Shown piece after piece: positions 9,896 through 19,733 of a stretch of 64,000 bases of DNA. Below the pieces are notes generated by a model. The model had not been told where the DNA came from. It did not search any database and was given only the letters and a program-made list of their open reading frames with translations. This DNA is from Parcubacteria group bacterium (GTDB lineage: Bacteria; Patescibacteriota; Minisyncoccia; Phycocordibacterales; 21-14-all-47-15). The translations under genes and the position numbers were made by a program. Where the stretch lies: NCBI GenBank assembly GCA_016181845.1, contig JACOYO010000001.1, positions 33,133 through 97,132 of the forward strand. Reading direction: 5' to 3'. Within the stretch, counting starts at the first letter, position 1; every line of letters begins with the position of its first letter.

Positions 9896-10977
9896 GTAAT
9901 GTTATTCAAAATTGTCGCTATCTTTTTTATTTCTTGTTTTTTTAGATACGGGTACATCGGCAGTGAGAATATCTCTCGGGCGTAGCGTTCCGCCACAGGA
10001 AAGCTATTTTTTTCCTGTTTTGCGTAAAATGGGTGGCGATGGAGCGGGGTTCTATAATGGATGAGTGTTTGAATACCATGCTCTTTCAAGAGCTTCATTA
10101 TAGCATCCCTTTTTGGGGCGCGCACCACAAATAAATGATACACGCACTGGCTATCCCCCTGCGGGGTCGGTAATACAATCTTTGGATTCACAATTAAGTT
10201 CCGATACTGGAGAGCAAGCTGCTGTCTTGTTCGATTCCATGTATCTACATACTTTAATTTTACACTGAGTACAGCCGCTTGTATTTCATCAAGACGGCTA
10301 TTCATCCCCGGTATTGAACACACCTGCCTGTCTTTCTGCCCGTAAAAACGCTCCGCTAGAAGTTTTGTGTAATTTTTTTTGCTTTTTGTGATAATGGCGC
10401 CGCCGTCCCCATACGCGCCGATATTCTTGGTCGGATAAAAAGAAAAACATCCAAAATCTCCAAAACTTCCCACCTTTTTACCTTTCCACATTGCACCGGT
10501 CGCTTGGGCGCAATCCTCTATAAGCGTCAGGCGAAAACGCCGTGAAATTTTCTTTAGGGCGTCCATATCGCATGCTTGACCGTACAAATGTACCGCGATA
10601 ATCGCTTTGGTTTTTTTATTTATACGCCGAACAATCTGTTTACTATCAATTAAAAATGACTCATCGCAATCAACAAAAACGGGGCGCGCGCCGCTCATGG
10701 ATACCGCCATGGCAGTCGGCAATGCCGTGTTTACCGGCACAATCACCTCATCTCCTTGCCCGATACCCGCGCATAGAAGACTTAGGTAGAGCGCGTCGGT
10801 CCCGGAATTTACCCCCACGCAATATGGGGCATCGCAGTATTCGGCAAAACGTTTTTCAAAATTCTCTAATTCAGGCCCCAGGACAAACCACCCGCGCCGT
10901 AAGACACGATGAATTGCCTCATCAATTTCCTTTTTCAAGGATTTATATTCACGCGTAAAATCAACAAATGGGATCAT
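9892..10977 (-). CDS. DegT/DnrJ/EryC1 sugar aminotransferase (FdtB-like)
   Basis: EDCAQA, SFYPTKNIGAYGDGG and NSRLDEIQAA motifs. Confidence 0.93.
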   Translation of the reverse strand: MIPFVDFTREYKSLKKEIDEAIHRVLRRGWFVLGPELENFEKRFAEYCDAPYCVGVNSGTDALYLSLLCAGIGQGDEVIVPVNTALPTAMAVSMSGARPVFVDCDESFLIDSKQIVRRINKKTKAIIAVHLYGQACDMDALKKISRRFRLTLIEDCAQATGAMWKGKKVGSFGDFGCFSFYPTKNIGAYGDGGAIITKSKKNYTKLLAERFYGQKDRQVCSIPGMNSRLDEIQAAVLSVKLKYVDTWNRTRQQLALQYRNLIVNPKIVLPTPQGDSQCVYHLFVVRAPKRDAIMKLLKEHGIQTLIHYRTPLHRHPFYAKQEKNSFPVAERYAREIFSLPMYPYLKKQEIKKIATILNNIT

Positions 10978-10978
10978 G

Positions 10979-11410
10979 TTACTTTTTTATATATTTTAAA
11001 AATTCATCATAATCACGTAGGTAATCGCTCTCGTCATGATGGTCGTTGGCAATCACCAGGATCACGCAATCCGGAGAAAATTTAGTCATGGTGTGCCACA
11101 CTTTTGGCCTCAGCAGCAGCCCTACCGAAGGATTATCCATGGGAATTTTCTGCTTATTTTCACCGTCATCCAACATCATCTCAAAAGAGCCATTCACGCA
11201 AAAAATAATTTGCTCTAATTTTTTATGCGCATGCTTCCCACGAATCGCTTTAGGGTTTTCTAATTGGTTAATAAAATAAAATCTTTTGATGGCAAAGGGT
11301 ATTTGTTTAAATTCTTCGCCAATAAATAACTGGCCATTCGGAGCATTGGAAAAGGCCCTGAGATAAACCATGTCTGCGTCAAAATAATTTTTATCACCAT
11401 TCGTATTCAT
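10979..11410 (-). CDS. FdtA/QdtA-like dTDP-4-keto-6-deoxyhexose 3,4-ketoisomerase
   Basis: IPFAIKRFY, RGKHAHK, WHTM and DYLRDYDEF motifs. Confidence 0.9.
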   Translation of the reverse strand: MNTNGDKNYFDADMVYLRAFSNAPNGQLFIGEEFKQIPFAIKRFYFINQLENPKAIRGKHAHKKLEQIIFCVNGSFEMMLDDGENKQKIPMDNPSVGLLLRPKVWHTMTKFSPDCVILVIANDHHDESDYLRDYDEFLKYIKK

Positions 11411-11424
11411 AGGTATACTATATG

Positions 11425-12045
11425 CTATTTACCAAGAATAAAAACTTGGTATGGAGAGAGTCCGCTTTGCATATTAAAAGTCCTTTTTACGAGGAACCTC
11501 TCGGACAACAGCTTTTCGTATCCTTCTTTATCGCGTATGAATTCCCCATTATCAAGACGATGTAATAGACGTGTAATAACATTATTATCTGACCGATTGA
11601 CGTCCTCCATGATAAGTAATTCCCCATTTGGCGCAAGCACCCGTGACATTTCTTTTAAAACACGGCCGCTTGTCTCGTCGTCCAAATGATGCAGGACGCC
11701 AACAATAACAATTTTTTGGAAACTCCCGTCTTTAAACGGCAATGTTGTCGCGTCGCCCGCAAGAAAAGTTCCTTTGTAATTTTTCTTCGCGTAATCAATA
11801 TATTTTTTTTCAATATCAACGCCAGTATACATTTCCGGATTAAAAAAGACGGAAAATTCTCCAGTGCCACATCCGATATCAAGCACGCGCTCATCCGGCG
11901 CGCATACAAAATATTTTTTAAGCACTGATCGCTCACCCTTAAAATTATTCTCTAAAATCCGCCTCAAAAAGATAAAAATGCGCGGATTTTGCGATAGCGC
12001 GTGTATTGCTTGTTTAACCGTATCCATAGTTTTTACCGTATACAT
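11425..12045 (-). CDS. Class I SAM-dependent methyltransferase
   Basis: VLDIGCGTG, DATTLPF and VLHHL motifs. Confidence 0.9.
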   Translation of the reverse strand: MYTVKTMDTVKQAIHALSQNPRIFIFLRRILENNFKGERSVLKKYFVCAPDERVLDIGCGTGEFSVFFNPEMYTGVDIEKKYIDYAKKNYKGTFLAGDATTLPFKDGSFQKIVIVGVLHHLDDETSGRVLKEMSRVLAPNGELLIMEDVNRSDNNVITRLLHRLDNGEFIRDKEGYEKLLSERFLVKRTFNMQSGLSPYQVFILGK

Positions 12046-12112
12046 CTATTGTTTATATTTCCTAGCGAGGCCACGCGAAAATTTATTTTCGTGATGACCG
12101 AGCGACGGAAAT

Positions 12113-12865
12113 TCAAGAAATGCCGCGGCATTTCTTATTTTTATTCCCTACAAGCCTCTTCATCTTTAAAAAGAGTTTCAAATCACCAATAAACTTTTCT
12201 TTCAAAAGACCGATGGCGGTATAGTTTGATGTGCCATATTCGCGTTTGTAGTGGTTCACTGGAATTTCCACAAATCTTGCTCCGACCAATTCTAATTTTT
12301 TCACCAACTCTGCAAGAATGGAGGAATCTTTCGCCTCCAGAGAAACCCTATTTAAAACACTCCTCCGTATGAGACGAAAATCACAGTCAACATCACGAAT
12401 GGGAATTTGAAAGAGACGATGGACAAGAAAAGCATACCCATTCCCCAGAAAAACTCTTAAAAAATTATCCCCTCTCTTTTTTTTGTAGCCATTCACCACA
12501 TCAACTCCCGTTTGTGTCTGTTTCTCAGCCAAGAGCACCAGGTTTTCTTCCAGATGATACTGGGCATCCCCATCAGTATAAAAAATCCAGTCCTTTGTGC
12601 ACGCGGCAAATCCATATTTGATGACCGCGTATCCTTCAGTGTTATCTTTTTTGTCAACAATTTTGAGTTCCGGATATTTCTTTTTCATTTCCAAAATTTT
12701 TTGAAACGTCCAGTCTTTAGAATTGCCGCCGTGAAGCGCGATTACCTCAAGATTGTCTGTTAATGTTTCTCCGACCGCATACGCATACGTAAGTTGTCGT
12801 TCTACCGTCCCCTCATCATTATAGAACGGAAAAAAGATTGACAATGATGTTAATTTTTTTGTCAT
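12113..12865 (-). CDS. GT2 glycosyltransferase (polyprenol-phosphate type)
   Basis: SIFFPFYND, YTDGDAQY and DVDCDFRL motifs; start at MTKK. Confidence 0.85.
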   Translation of the reverse strand: MTKKLTSLSIFFPFYNDEGTVERQLTYAYAVGETLTDNLEVIALHGGNSKDWTFQKILEMKKKYPELKIVDKKDNTEGYAVIKYGFAACTKDWIFYTDGDAQYHLEENLVLLAEKQTQTGVDVVNGYKKKRGDNFLRVFLGNGYAFLVHRLFQIPIRDVDCDFRLIRRSVLNRVSLEAKDSSILAELVKKLELVGARFVEIPVNHYKREYGTSNYTAIGLLKEKFIGDLKLFLKMKRLVGNKNKKCRGIS

Positions 12866-12878
12866 ACAGCGATTGATG

Positions 12879-14327
12879 CTATGATTTCCCGCCAAACCAT
12901 ACGATTGCAATCCATAACTTTGCGAGGCGTGCCACGATAACCATAATTCTCGGAATATTTAACGCTTGTGATTTCCCGTACATTCTAAAATAATGAGATA
13001 CGCCAACTTCCGCAAATTTGAATCCTTTGTTTTGGGCTTTCTTCAATAATTCAACTGAAATAACTCCCGACTCACTTTCCAAATTTAGATTATCCAAGAC
13101 AGCGCGTCTCATCAATCTAAAATCACAATCTGGGTCCTTGACGGATAGCCAAAAAATCAACTTCATTAAATGCCGATAGATAATGTCAATAATAATTCTA
13201 TGGAATGGTTCCACATTTCCTATCTTGTACCCACTAACAATATCAATACGACTATCTAATTGTTCTAATAATTTTGGCAATTCTCGTATATCATACGATG
13301 CGTCTGCTTCAGTATAACAAACAATATCTTTTTGGGTTGCCGCGAAACCGCTTCGGAGTGTAGCGCCATACCCTTGCTTTTTATGGTGAAAAATGAGTTT
13401 TAATTCAGGAATTGAATTTTTTAATTCCAAAAGCAATTCCTGGCTTCCGTCGGTAGAATAATCATCAACGACAATAATCTCAAAATCATTAGTAAGAGAA
13501 CGTGCGACTTTTTTTGCTTCTACTATCATTGTGGCAATTGTCCCCTTATCATTAAAGCATGGAAATACAATTGATAATGATGGCACACGCGCGCTAATCT
13601 GTTTTTTATATTGCATAAATTTCCCCGCTTCAAGCAGACTGTCCGTGGTCCCAATATCAAACCAGTTTTTTTCAAGTATTATTGCTTGCAACGCGCCATC
13701 CTCAATGTATTTATTATTGATATGAGTGATTTCATATTCTCCCCGTCCTGATTTCTGTTGTCCTAGCATTTTTTCAAAAACCGTATTGTCATAAAGATAA
13801 ACACCAGTAACCGCCTTGTTTGATTTCGGATTTTTTGGCTTTTCTTCAATCTCAATAATATTGTTGCTTCCATCAATAGTCGCGACACCAAACCGTTCCG
13901 GGTCATTTACTTCTTTCAAAAAAACAAGCGCCCCTTTCTTAAAATTTTCAACATATTCGCTTATATCATCTTCAAAAATATTATCACCTAAATATAAAAC
14001 ACAATTATCGTTGCCGACATACTCTTTGGCAATATGCAGTCCGTCGGCAATACCAGATGGCTTATCCTGAATCCCGTATACTATCTGAATACGTTTGCCC
14101 GTTTTGGGGGAAATAAAATTTTGACCGGAACCCACTAATTGAACAAAATGATGCTGATACTCCGGCGGAGTAACAATCATGATGTGGTCAATTCCAGCCG
14201 ATACCAGTTTTTCAATCGCGTAAAAAATAACCGGCTTATCATATATCGGCAAAAGATGCTTATTTGTAATGTGAGTAAAGGGCGCCAATCGTGTACCGCT
14301 CCCTCCGGCTAAAATAACTCCTTTCAT
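12879..14327 (-). CDS. Glucose-1-phosphate thymidylyltransferase (RmlA-like) fused to a GT2 domain
   Basis: GVILAGGSGTRL...KHLLPIYDKP...LGDN...WFDIGT, continuing without a stop into SIVFPCFND...VVDDYSTDGS. Confidence 0.85.
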   Translation of the reverse strand: MKGVILAGGSGTRLAPFTHITNKHLLPIYDKPVIFYAIEKLVSAGIDHIMIVTPPEYQHHFVQLVGSGQNFISPKTGKRIQIVYGIQDKPSGIADGLHIAKEYVGNDNCVLYLGDNIFEDDISEYVENFKKGALVFLKEVNDPERFGVATIDGSNNIIEIEEKPKNPKSNKAVTGVYLYDNTVFEKMLGQQKSGRGEYEITHINNKYIEDGALQAIILEKNWFDIGTTDSLLEAGKFMQYKKQISARVPSLSIVFPCFNDKGTIATMIVEAKKVARSLTNDFEIIVVDDYSTDGSQELLLELKNSIPELKLIFHHKKQGYGATLRSGFAATQKDIVCYTEADASYDIRELPKLLEQLDSRIDIVSGYKIGNVEPFHRIIIDIIYRHLMKLIFWLSVKDPDCDFRLMRRAVLDNLNLESESGVISVELLKKAQNKGFKFAEVGVSHYFRMYGKSQALNIPRIMVIVARLAKLWIAIVWFGGKS

Positions 14328-15346
14328 GATAATTTAAGATGCGAGTTTATCTCTTTTTTTCGTTTTAAGATATTTTCAACCCAATCATTATTTTCTTTAT
14401 ACCATTGCAATACGTCTGGCAATTTATTTTCCAGAGAATATTTTGGCTTCCAACCAAGCCGGCGTAATCTTGATGAGTCAACAGCATATTTCCGATCATG
14501 CGCCGGTCTGTCTTTTACAAATGTGATCAGAGTTTGCGGTTTCCTTAACGCCGAGAGTATTTTTTGAGCAATAATTTTATTGGAATATTCTTTTCCTTCT
14601 GAAATTCCAAAGGTGTCCCCGCTTTTTGATTTTTGCAAAAGAAGAAGCAATGCATCGGTATGGTCATCAACATACAGCCAATCGCGCATATTTCGACCGT
14701 CTCCATACAACGGTAGTGATTCATCGTGCAAAGCGCGCACTGTAAAAAATGGTATCAATTTTTCCGGAAATTGTCGCGGTCCAAAATTATTGACTGAACG
14801 AGAGATAACTACCGGTACTCCATAGGTATGTACATACGCACGAATAAGCAATTCGGCAGCCGCTTTTGACGCGGCGTATGGCGAATTCGGTTTCAGGGGA
14901 GAATCTTCATTGAACTTTTTTTTAGAAGCAAGCGGCAAATCCCCCCACACTTCATCGGTTGAGACATGTACCATTTTTTTCACACGCGGAGATTTTTGAA
15001 GCGCTTTCATAAGCGAGTGCACGCCGATGATGTTTGATTGAATAAAAGCGTCGGCTCCTCCGTGAATAGACCGGTCCACATGCGTTTCTGCGGCAAAATT
15101 AACCACAAAATCAACCGAGCTCATGAGTTTTTCCACGAGCGCCGTATCGCAAATATCGCCTTTCACAAAAGAATACCTCGCTTGCGGCACGCCGAGAAGA
15201 TTATCTTGATTGCCGGCATAGGTGAGCGCGTCAAGGTTAATCACAGACGCATTTTTAACAACGCTTAAAAAGCGGTGGATAAAATTAGAGCCCATGAAAC
15301 CGGAGCCGCCGCAGACAAGAATCTTTTTGTGTTTGAAATAATTCAT
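14324..15346 (-). CDS. rfbB: dTDP-glucose 4,6-dehydratase
   Basis: GGSGFMGSNF, AAETHVDRSI, STDEV, YAASKA and QFPEKLIP motifs. Confidence 0.93.
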   Translation of the reverse strand: MNYFKHKKILVCGGSGFMGSNFIHRFLSVVKNASVINLDALTYAGNQDNLLGVPQARYSFVKGDICDTALVEKLMSSVDFVVNFAAETHVDRSIHGGADAFIQSNIIGVHSLMKALQKSPRVKKMVHVSTDEVWGDLPLASKKKFNEDSPLKPNSPYAASKAAAELLIRAYVHTYGVPVVISRSVNNFGPRQFPEKLIPFFTVRALHDESLPLYGDGRNMRDWLYVDDHTDALLLLLQKSKSGDTFGISEGKEYSNKIIAQKILSALRKPQTLITFVKDRPAHDRKYAVDSSRLRRLGWKPKYSLENKLPDVLQWYKENNDWVENILKRKKEINSHLKLS

Positions 15347-15384
15347 AATATTTTGCTATTCAAAATTGTACACCCCATCCACCT

Positions 15385-17235
15385 TTATATCGCATCCCGC
15401 CCATGGTGTGTAAAAACAAAAATCTTATACCCAAAAAAATTACCGAAAAATGCGATTGGGATTTCTATGGCAAGAGCTATATTTACCCATATCTTAGGGT
15501 CTATGCCATTAGGCGCGCCGATAACATTAACGATAATATGAAGCAAAAATATATTCAAGAGAGATGTGGCGCTCGTTATGGTAAAAAATTTAATGTACTC
15601 TGCTCTTCCGTTGTCGGTATTGTGCGCACGAAATGTCCAGAATTTATTCCAAAAAAAACTGTGCGTGATGGTAATTATTGAAGAAATGATCGTAAAAAAA
15701 ATCACCTGCCAGCCGCGCGCTATGTCGGTAAACCAAATAAAAAGATTGGTAATACCGGCAAAAAGAAACGTATTTAAAAGCCCTATCAATCCATATTTCC
15801 CAATTTGGAAAATTGAGGAACGCCACCGCATGCCCAATAGATATGCGCCGTATAAACCGGCAACGGTCATAAACGGAAGCAAAAAAAGCCAGAGTCCAAT
15901 TACAAAAAAGGAGAGCCCATGATTGTAGCGCGCTAATATGTCAAACACTTTTATATTTTGAAACACAGGAATAGAAAGCAGAGCGATGGCTTCCCCAATA
16001 ATAAGCGTCCGCCAAAAATCGGTTTTGGTGAACACTAAAATTTCTCCAAGTTCTTTATACGTGTTGCCTGACGTCTGGCGTAAAACAGTCCCATTATTAT
16101 GTAGGATGTTTTTCATAAAATGAATAATATTCGCGGCCCTGTTGCTCCAAGAATATTCCACCACGGTCTCTCGCGCTTTTTTTGAGAATGTTTTTAGAGC
16201 CGCGCAATCAGACAATCCGAAAACAGTCTTTTTTGCCAAATCGTTCGGGTTATCCGCATCAAAAAATATGGCCGTTGTTTCATGCAGTATCTCGCGTACA
16301 GCAGGCGTATCAGAAGCAATAATCGGCGTGCCAGAAGCCATATACTCAAAAAGTTTCATTGGTGAAGTGTACTCCCTTCCTATTTTCTCTTTTCCGCTTG
16401 TTGGCAAGACTAGCACATCCGCTGCTCTAAGCCACAACGGAATTTCCTGATGCTGGCGATGCCCGACAAAAATAATGTTTTTATATTTTATATTTTGTAT
16501 TTTGTATTTTGAAACTTCTTCTGCAGTGCCGCCGACGAGATATACGAGCATATCTGCATCCAATTTTTTTGCCGCCTCAATCAAAGTGTTAACACCCTTC
16601 CACTTGTAAAGATGTCCAGCGTAAAGAATGATTTTTTTATCAAGCGGAAGATTAAGCGTTTTTCTCGCGGCTTCTTTTGATATAACAATATCAAAACGCC
16701 TCAAATCAACGGCATCCGGCGCACAAAGTATTTTATCTTCAGAGACTCCAAAGCGCATGAGGTCTTTTTTTATGCCGTTGCTGATGACGACCAATCCCAT
16801 ACTTTTGCGCAAAACAAAATTGTGAAGAAACGATGACTTTTGAGGAAGTGTATGAAGCTCATAAAATATAGGCTTATGGAATAAAGCGAACAGAAACGCA
16901 ACCAAAAAATCACGGGTATAAAATACTGCGTCTTTTTCAAAAACCGCTCGCGCAATTGCCGACACGGAAAACGTAACGCTTTCAATCCAAAACCAAAGGG
17001 GTTTAAAAAAAGGAATCGGAATCAAATCCAAAACTGGCAAACGTTTGATATTGAATACTGCATCAACGCCATAATACAGAAAAGGGTCCTGTTTTATCGG
17101 GTTAAGCCTCCACGGCACAACAAGCGTAATTTCAATATCTTTCCCCTGTTTAAAGGCGCGTGCGGTATTCATAATCTGAACCCCGTGTGCTTTCTCCGTC
17201 GGCAAGCGAATATTTGCAATATATAAGAGTTTCAT
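15385..17235 (-). CDS. GT4 glycosyltransferase fused to a C-terminal GtrA-like membrane domain
   Basis: SPMKLFEYMASG, then hydrophobic helices with KYGLIGLLNT and SFFWNKFWTF (GtrA signature). Confidence 0.8.
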   Translation of the reverse strand: MKLLYIANIRLPTEKAHGVQIMNTARAFKQGKDIEITLVVPWRLNPIKQDPFLYYGVDAVFNIKRLPVLDLIPIPFFKPLWFWIESVTFSVSAIARAVFEKDAVFYTRDFLVAFLFALFHKPIFYELHTLPQKSSFLHNFVLRKSMGLVVISNGIKKDLMRFGVSEDKILCAPDAVDLRRFDIVISKEAARKTLNLPLDKKIILYAGHLYKWKGVNTLIEAAKKLDADMLVYLVGGTAEEVSKYKIQNIKYKNIIFVGHRQHQEIPLWLRAADVLVLPTSGKEKIGREYTSPMKLFEYMASGTPIIASDTPAVREILHETTAIFFDADNPNDLAKKTVFGLSDCAALKTFSKKARETVVEYSWSNRAANIIHFMKNILHNNGTVLRQTSGNTYKELGEILVFTKTDFWRTLIIGEAIALLSIPVFQNIKVFDILARYNHGLSFFVIGLWLFLLPFMTVAGLYGAYLLGMRWRSSIFQIGKYGLIGLLNTFLFAGITNLFIWFTDIARGWQVIFFTIISSIITITHSFFWNKFWTFRAHNTDNGRAEYIKFFTITSATSLLNIFLLHIIVNVIGAPNGIDPKIWVNIALAIEIPIAFFGNFFGYKIFVFTHHGRDAI

Positions 17236-17901
17236 TTATTTTGATGCGCTAAAAAACAATCCGAGTGCGAATTTTTCACGCGGCAGTTTCGGCTTTATTA
17301 AAAAAACTATCCAATCAGCAAAAAAGGAACCGGGCAGAATCAAAAACCTGAGCACTCTTGGCAGAACAAACTCAACCTGCGAATATGCTGCCGAAAAAGG
17401 TCCACGGCCAAGCACCGTCACTTTTACATCGCGAAGTAAGGCGGTTTCATACGCCGCCGCAAGAGTTTCACTTGTATACCGCCAAAAATCATGCGGGTCC
17501 GGATGATACCCGACCAAAAAAGGAACAGCGCCAATCATGCGTCCACCGGGTTTTAAAATCCTATGTATCTCTTTGAGCAAAAAAGAGTACCGATAGACAT
17601 GTTCAAAAATATTGAACACAAGAACCGTGTCGATGCTATTATCTTGATACGGCAGCGCGTCTTTCTCGAAATCAATTGAAACATTTTTTTCAGACGGCTG
17701 ACTTCCAAAACCGACATCAAGCGCAGCAATTTCCATGGTCTTTCCTTTTTGAAAAAAACGATAGTAGCTCGCTTGGTTAACGCCACTCCCCAAATCAACC
17801 ACCTTTCCTGAAAGCGTATAATGCGCGCATTCATTGTTCATGAATATGCGGTATAGATCTTTCCCTCGCCATATTTCTTTTATATAATTCCATCCGCTCA
17901 T
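17236..17901 (-). CDS. Methyltransferase (type 11-like)
   Basis: VVDLGSG, FEHV and HPDPHDFWRYT motifs. Confidence 0.8.
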   Translation of the reverse strand: MSGWNYIKEIWRGKDLYRIFMNNECAHYTLSGKVVDLGSGVNQASYYRFFQKGKTMEIAALDVGFGSQPSEKNVSIDFEKDALPYQDNSIDTVLVFNIFEHVYRYSFLLKEIHRILKPGGRMIGAVPFLVGYHPDPHDFWRYTSETLAAAYETALLRDVKVTVLGRGPFSAAYSQVEFVLPRVLRFLILPGSFFADWIVFLIKPKLPREKFALGLFFSASK

Positions 17902-19733
17902 ATTTCTATTTTATATGCCCTTGCCCATATTTGGAAAGTCATGACCGCCCAGAGAATGTTCAGATTGTACACTTTTGAATCTCGGTGTTCTTCCAAAATT
18001 TTTTTGATTTCTTCAAACAAAAAAAGTTGCGCTGTTGGCTTATAATACCCTTCCGACAATATATGCTCTGCCATTCTATAAATATCAGGATGACGGAGCC
18101 ACTTAGCCGCCGGAGAAAACCAGCCACGCTTTGGCTCTTTAAAAAGAAAGCTCGGCAAATCACTTTCAAACGCTTTTTTTAGTATAATCTTCGTATCAAA
18201 GAGGCTGATTTTTTCTTTGAGCGGAATTGTCGCGGCAAACTCCACCACCTCTCTATCAAGCAACGGCACTCGCGCTTCAAGCCCAGCTGACATGCTCATC
18301 TTATCGCTAAGCATGAGGGAAAAATCAACGAGCCAGCTCCTTCGGTCGGTGTCCATAAAAAGCTCTTCGAATAATCTATCCTCATTTCCTTTAAAATATT
18401 TTTTATTAAAAAAAGCTTCTGTCATTCCCTGCGATAAAAACGACTTTTGAATCACCGAGCTCAAAAGCGATTCTTTTTGAAACATAAAAAGTGAGAAGCG
18501 GTTAACCCCGCTCGGAGTATTTAATTTTTTGATATTGCTACTCACCCGAGCTAGCGGATCTCGTAGCCATTTCGGCACCGTTTGCCAATAACGCGCAGCC
18601 AAACTCAATCGATACCGCTCATAGCCGCCGAAAAGCTCATCGCCGCCGTCTCCGCCAAGCACAACATCGGCTTTTTGTTTCGCAAAGCCCGCCAATTTCA
18701 TCATCGCCAAAGCGGTCGGATTTGAGATCGGCTCATCCATGTGCCAGACGGCCCGCTCGAGCGTATCCAGCACATCAGGCACGCCAAGGAGCACTTCGTG
18801 ATGGTTTGTTCCGAAATGCTTTGCCGTACGACGCGCCAAATGAAAATCAGCATTAAACTTTTCCTGCTGTTCTTTTTCACCTAATCGGAACCCGACAGAA
18901 AAGGTATCGATATTTTTTCTTTGACCGGCAAGCGCCGAGAGCACAATACTTGAGTCTATGCCGCCCGATAAATATACGCCAAGCGGCTTGTCTGATACCA
19001 ATTGGCGCGTAACTGAAGAAATAATTTTTTGGCGAAGAGTGTGCGCCAATTCTCCCCTTTCTCCGGAGAAATACTTTCCGTGCGGCGCCCGCCAAAAGGT
19101 TTTGGTTTGCAACATTCCGTTTCTTAACACCAAACTGGTAGCCGGCGGCACTTTGTATATTCCTTCAAACATTGTGAAAGGCTCCGGCACGTACAATGCC
19201 CGAAAATAATGATTGAATGCCTCTCGGTTAAGTTTTCTCGGAACCCCGTGCTCAAGAATCGCTTTTATTTCGGAAGAAAATATAAATTTCTTGCCATCCC
19301 AAAAATAATAGAGCGGTTTTATGCCCACGTGGTCGCGCGCAAGAAAAAGCTCTTTCTTGCGCCTGTCCCAAATCGCAAACGCGAAAATTCCGTTAAATTT
19401 TTTAACGCAGTCATGCCCCCATTTTTCATAGGCGGCCAAAATGACTTCCGTATCACTCGCTGTCTTAAACTGATACGCGGTAGCGAGCTCCTGCTTGAGT
19501 TCTTTGAAATTATATATTTCTCCGTTAAAGACGATCACGAGGTTCCCAGTATTATTTTTCATCGGCTGTCCGGCTTCTTCACGCACGTCAATAATGCTCA
19601 ACCGATTGTGCCCAAAAGAAATGCCTCCATCTAAAAATATGCGGGTTCCGTCAGGCCCGCGATGCTTGGTGATTTGATTCATATTTTGAATCAAACGTTC
19701 GTCTTCAAAATTAAATCCATTGATTGAGCACAT
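17898..19733 (-). CDS. asnB: Asparagine synthase-like glutamine amidotransferase (glycan amidation)
   Basis: N-terminal Cys, HRGPD, LSGGIDSS, GDGGDELFGGY and EARVPLLD motifs. Confidence 0.92.
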   Translation of the reverse strand: MCSINGFNFEDERLIQNMNQITKHRGPDGTRIFLDGGISFGHNRLSIIDVREEAGQPMKNNTGNLVIVFNGEIYNFKELKQELATAYQFKTASDTEVILAAYEKWGHDCVKKFNGIFAFAIWDRRKKELFLARDHVGIKPLYYFWDGKKFIFSSEIKAILEHGVPRKLNREAFNHYFRALYVPEPFTMFEGIYKVPPATSLVLRNGMLQTKTFWRAPHGKYFSGERGELAHTLRQKIISSVTRQLVSDKPLGVYLSGGIDSSIVLSALAGQRKNIDTFSVGFRLGEKEQQEKFNADFHLARRTAKHFGTNHHEVLLGVPDVLDTLERAVWHMDEPISNPTALAMMKLAGFAKQKADVVLGGDGGDELFGGYERYRLSLAARYWQTVPKWLRDPLARVSSNIKKLNTPSGVNRFSLFMFQKESLLSSVIQKSFLSQGMTEAFFNKKYFKGNEDRLFEELFMDTDRRSWLVDFSLMLSDKMSMSAGLEARVPLLDREVVEFAATIPLKEKISLFDTKIILKKAFESDLPSFLFKEPKRGWFSPAAKWLRHPDIYRMAEHILSEGYYKPTAQLFLFEEIKKILEEHRDSKVYNLNILWAVMTFQIWARAYKIEI

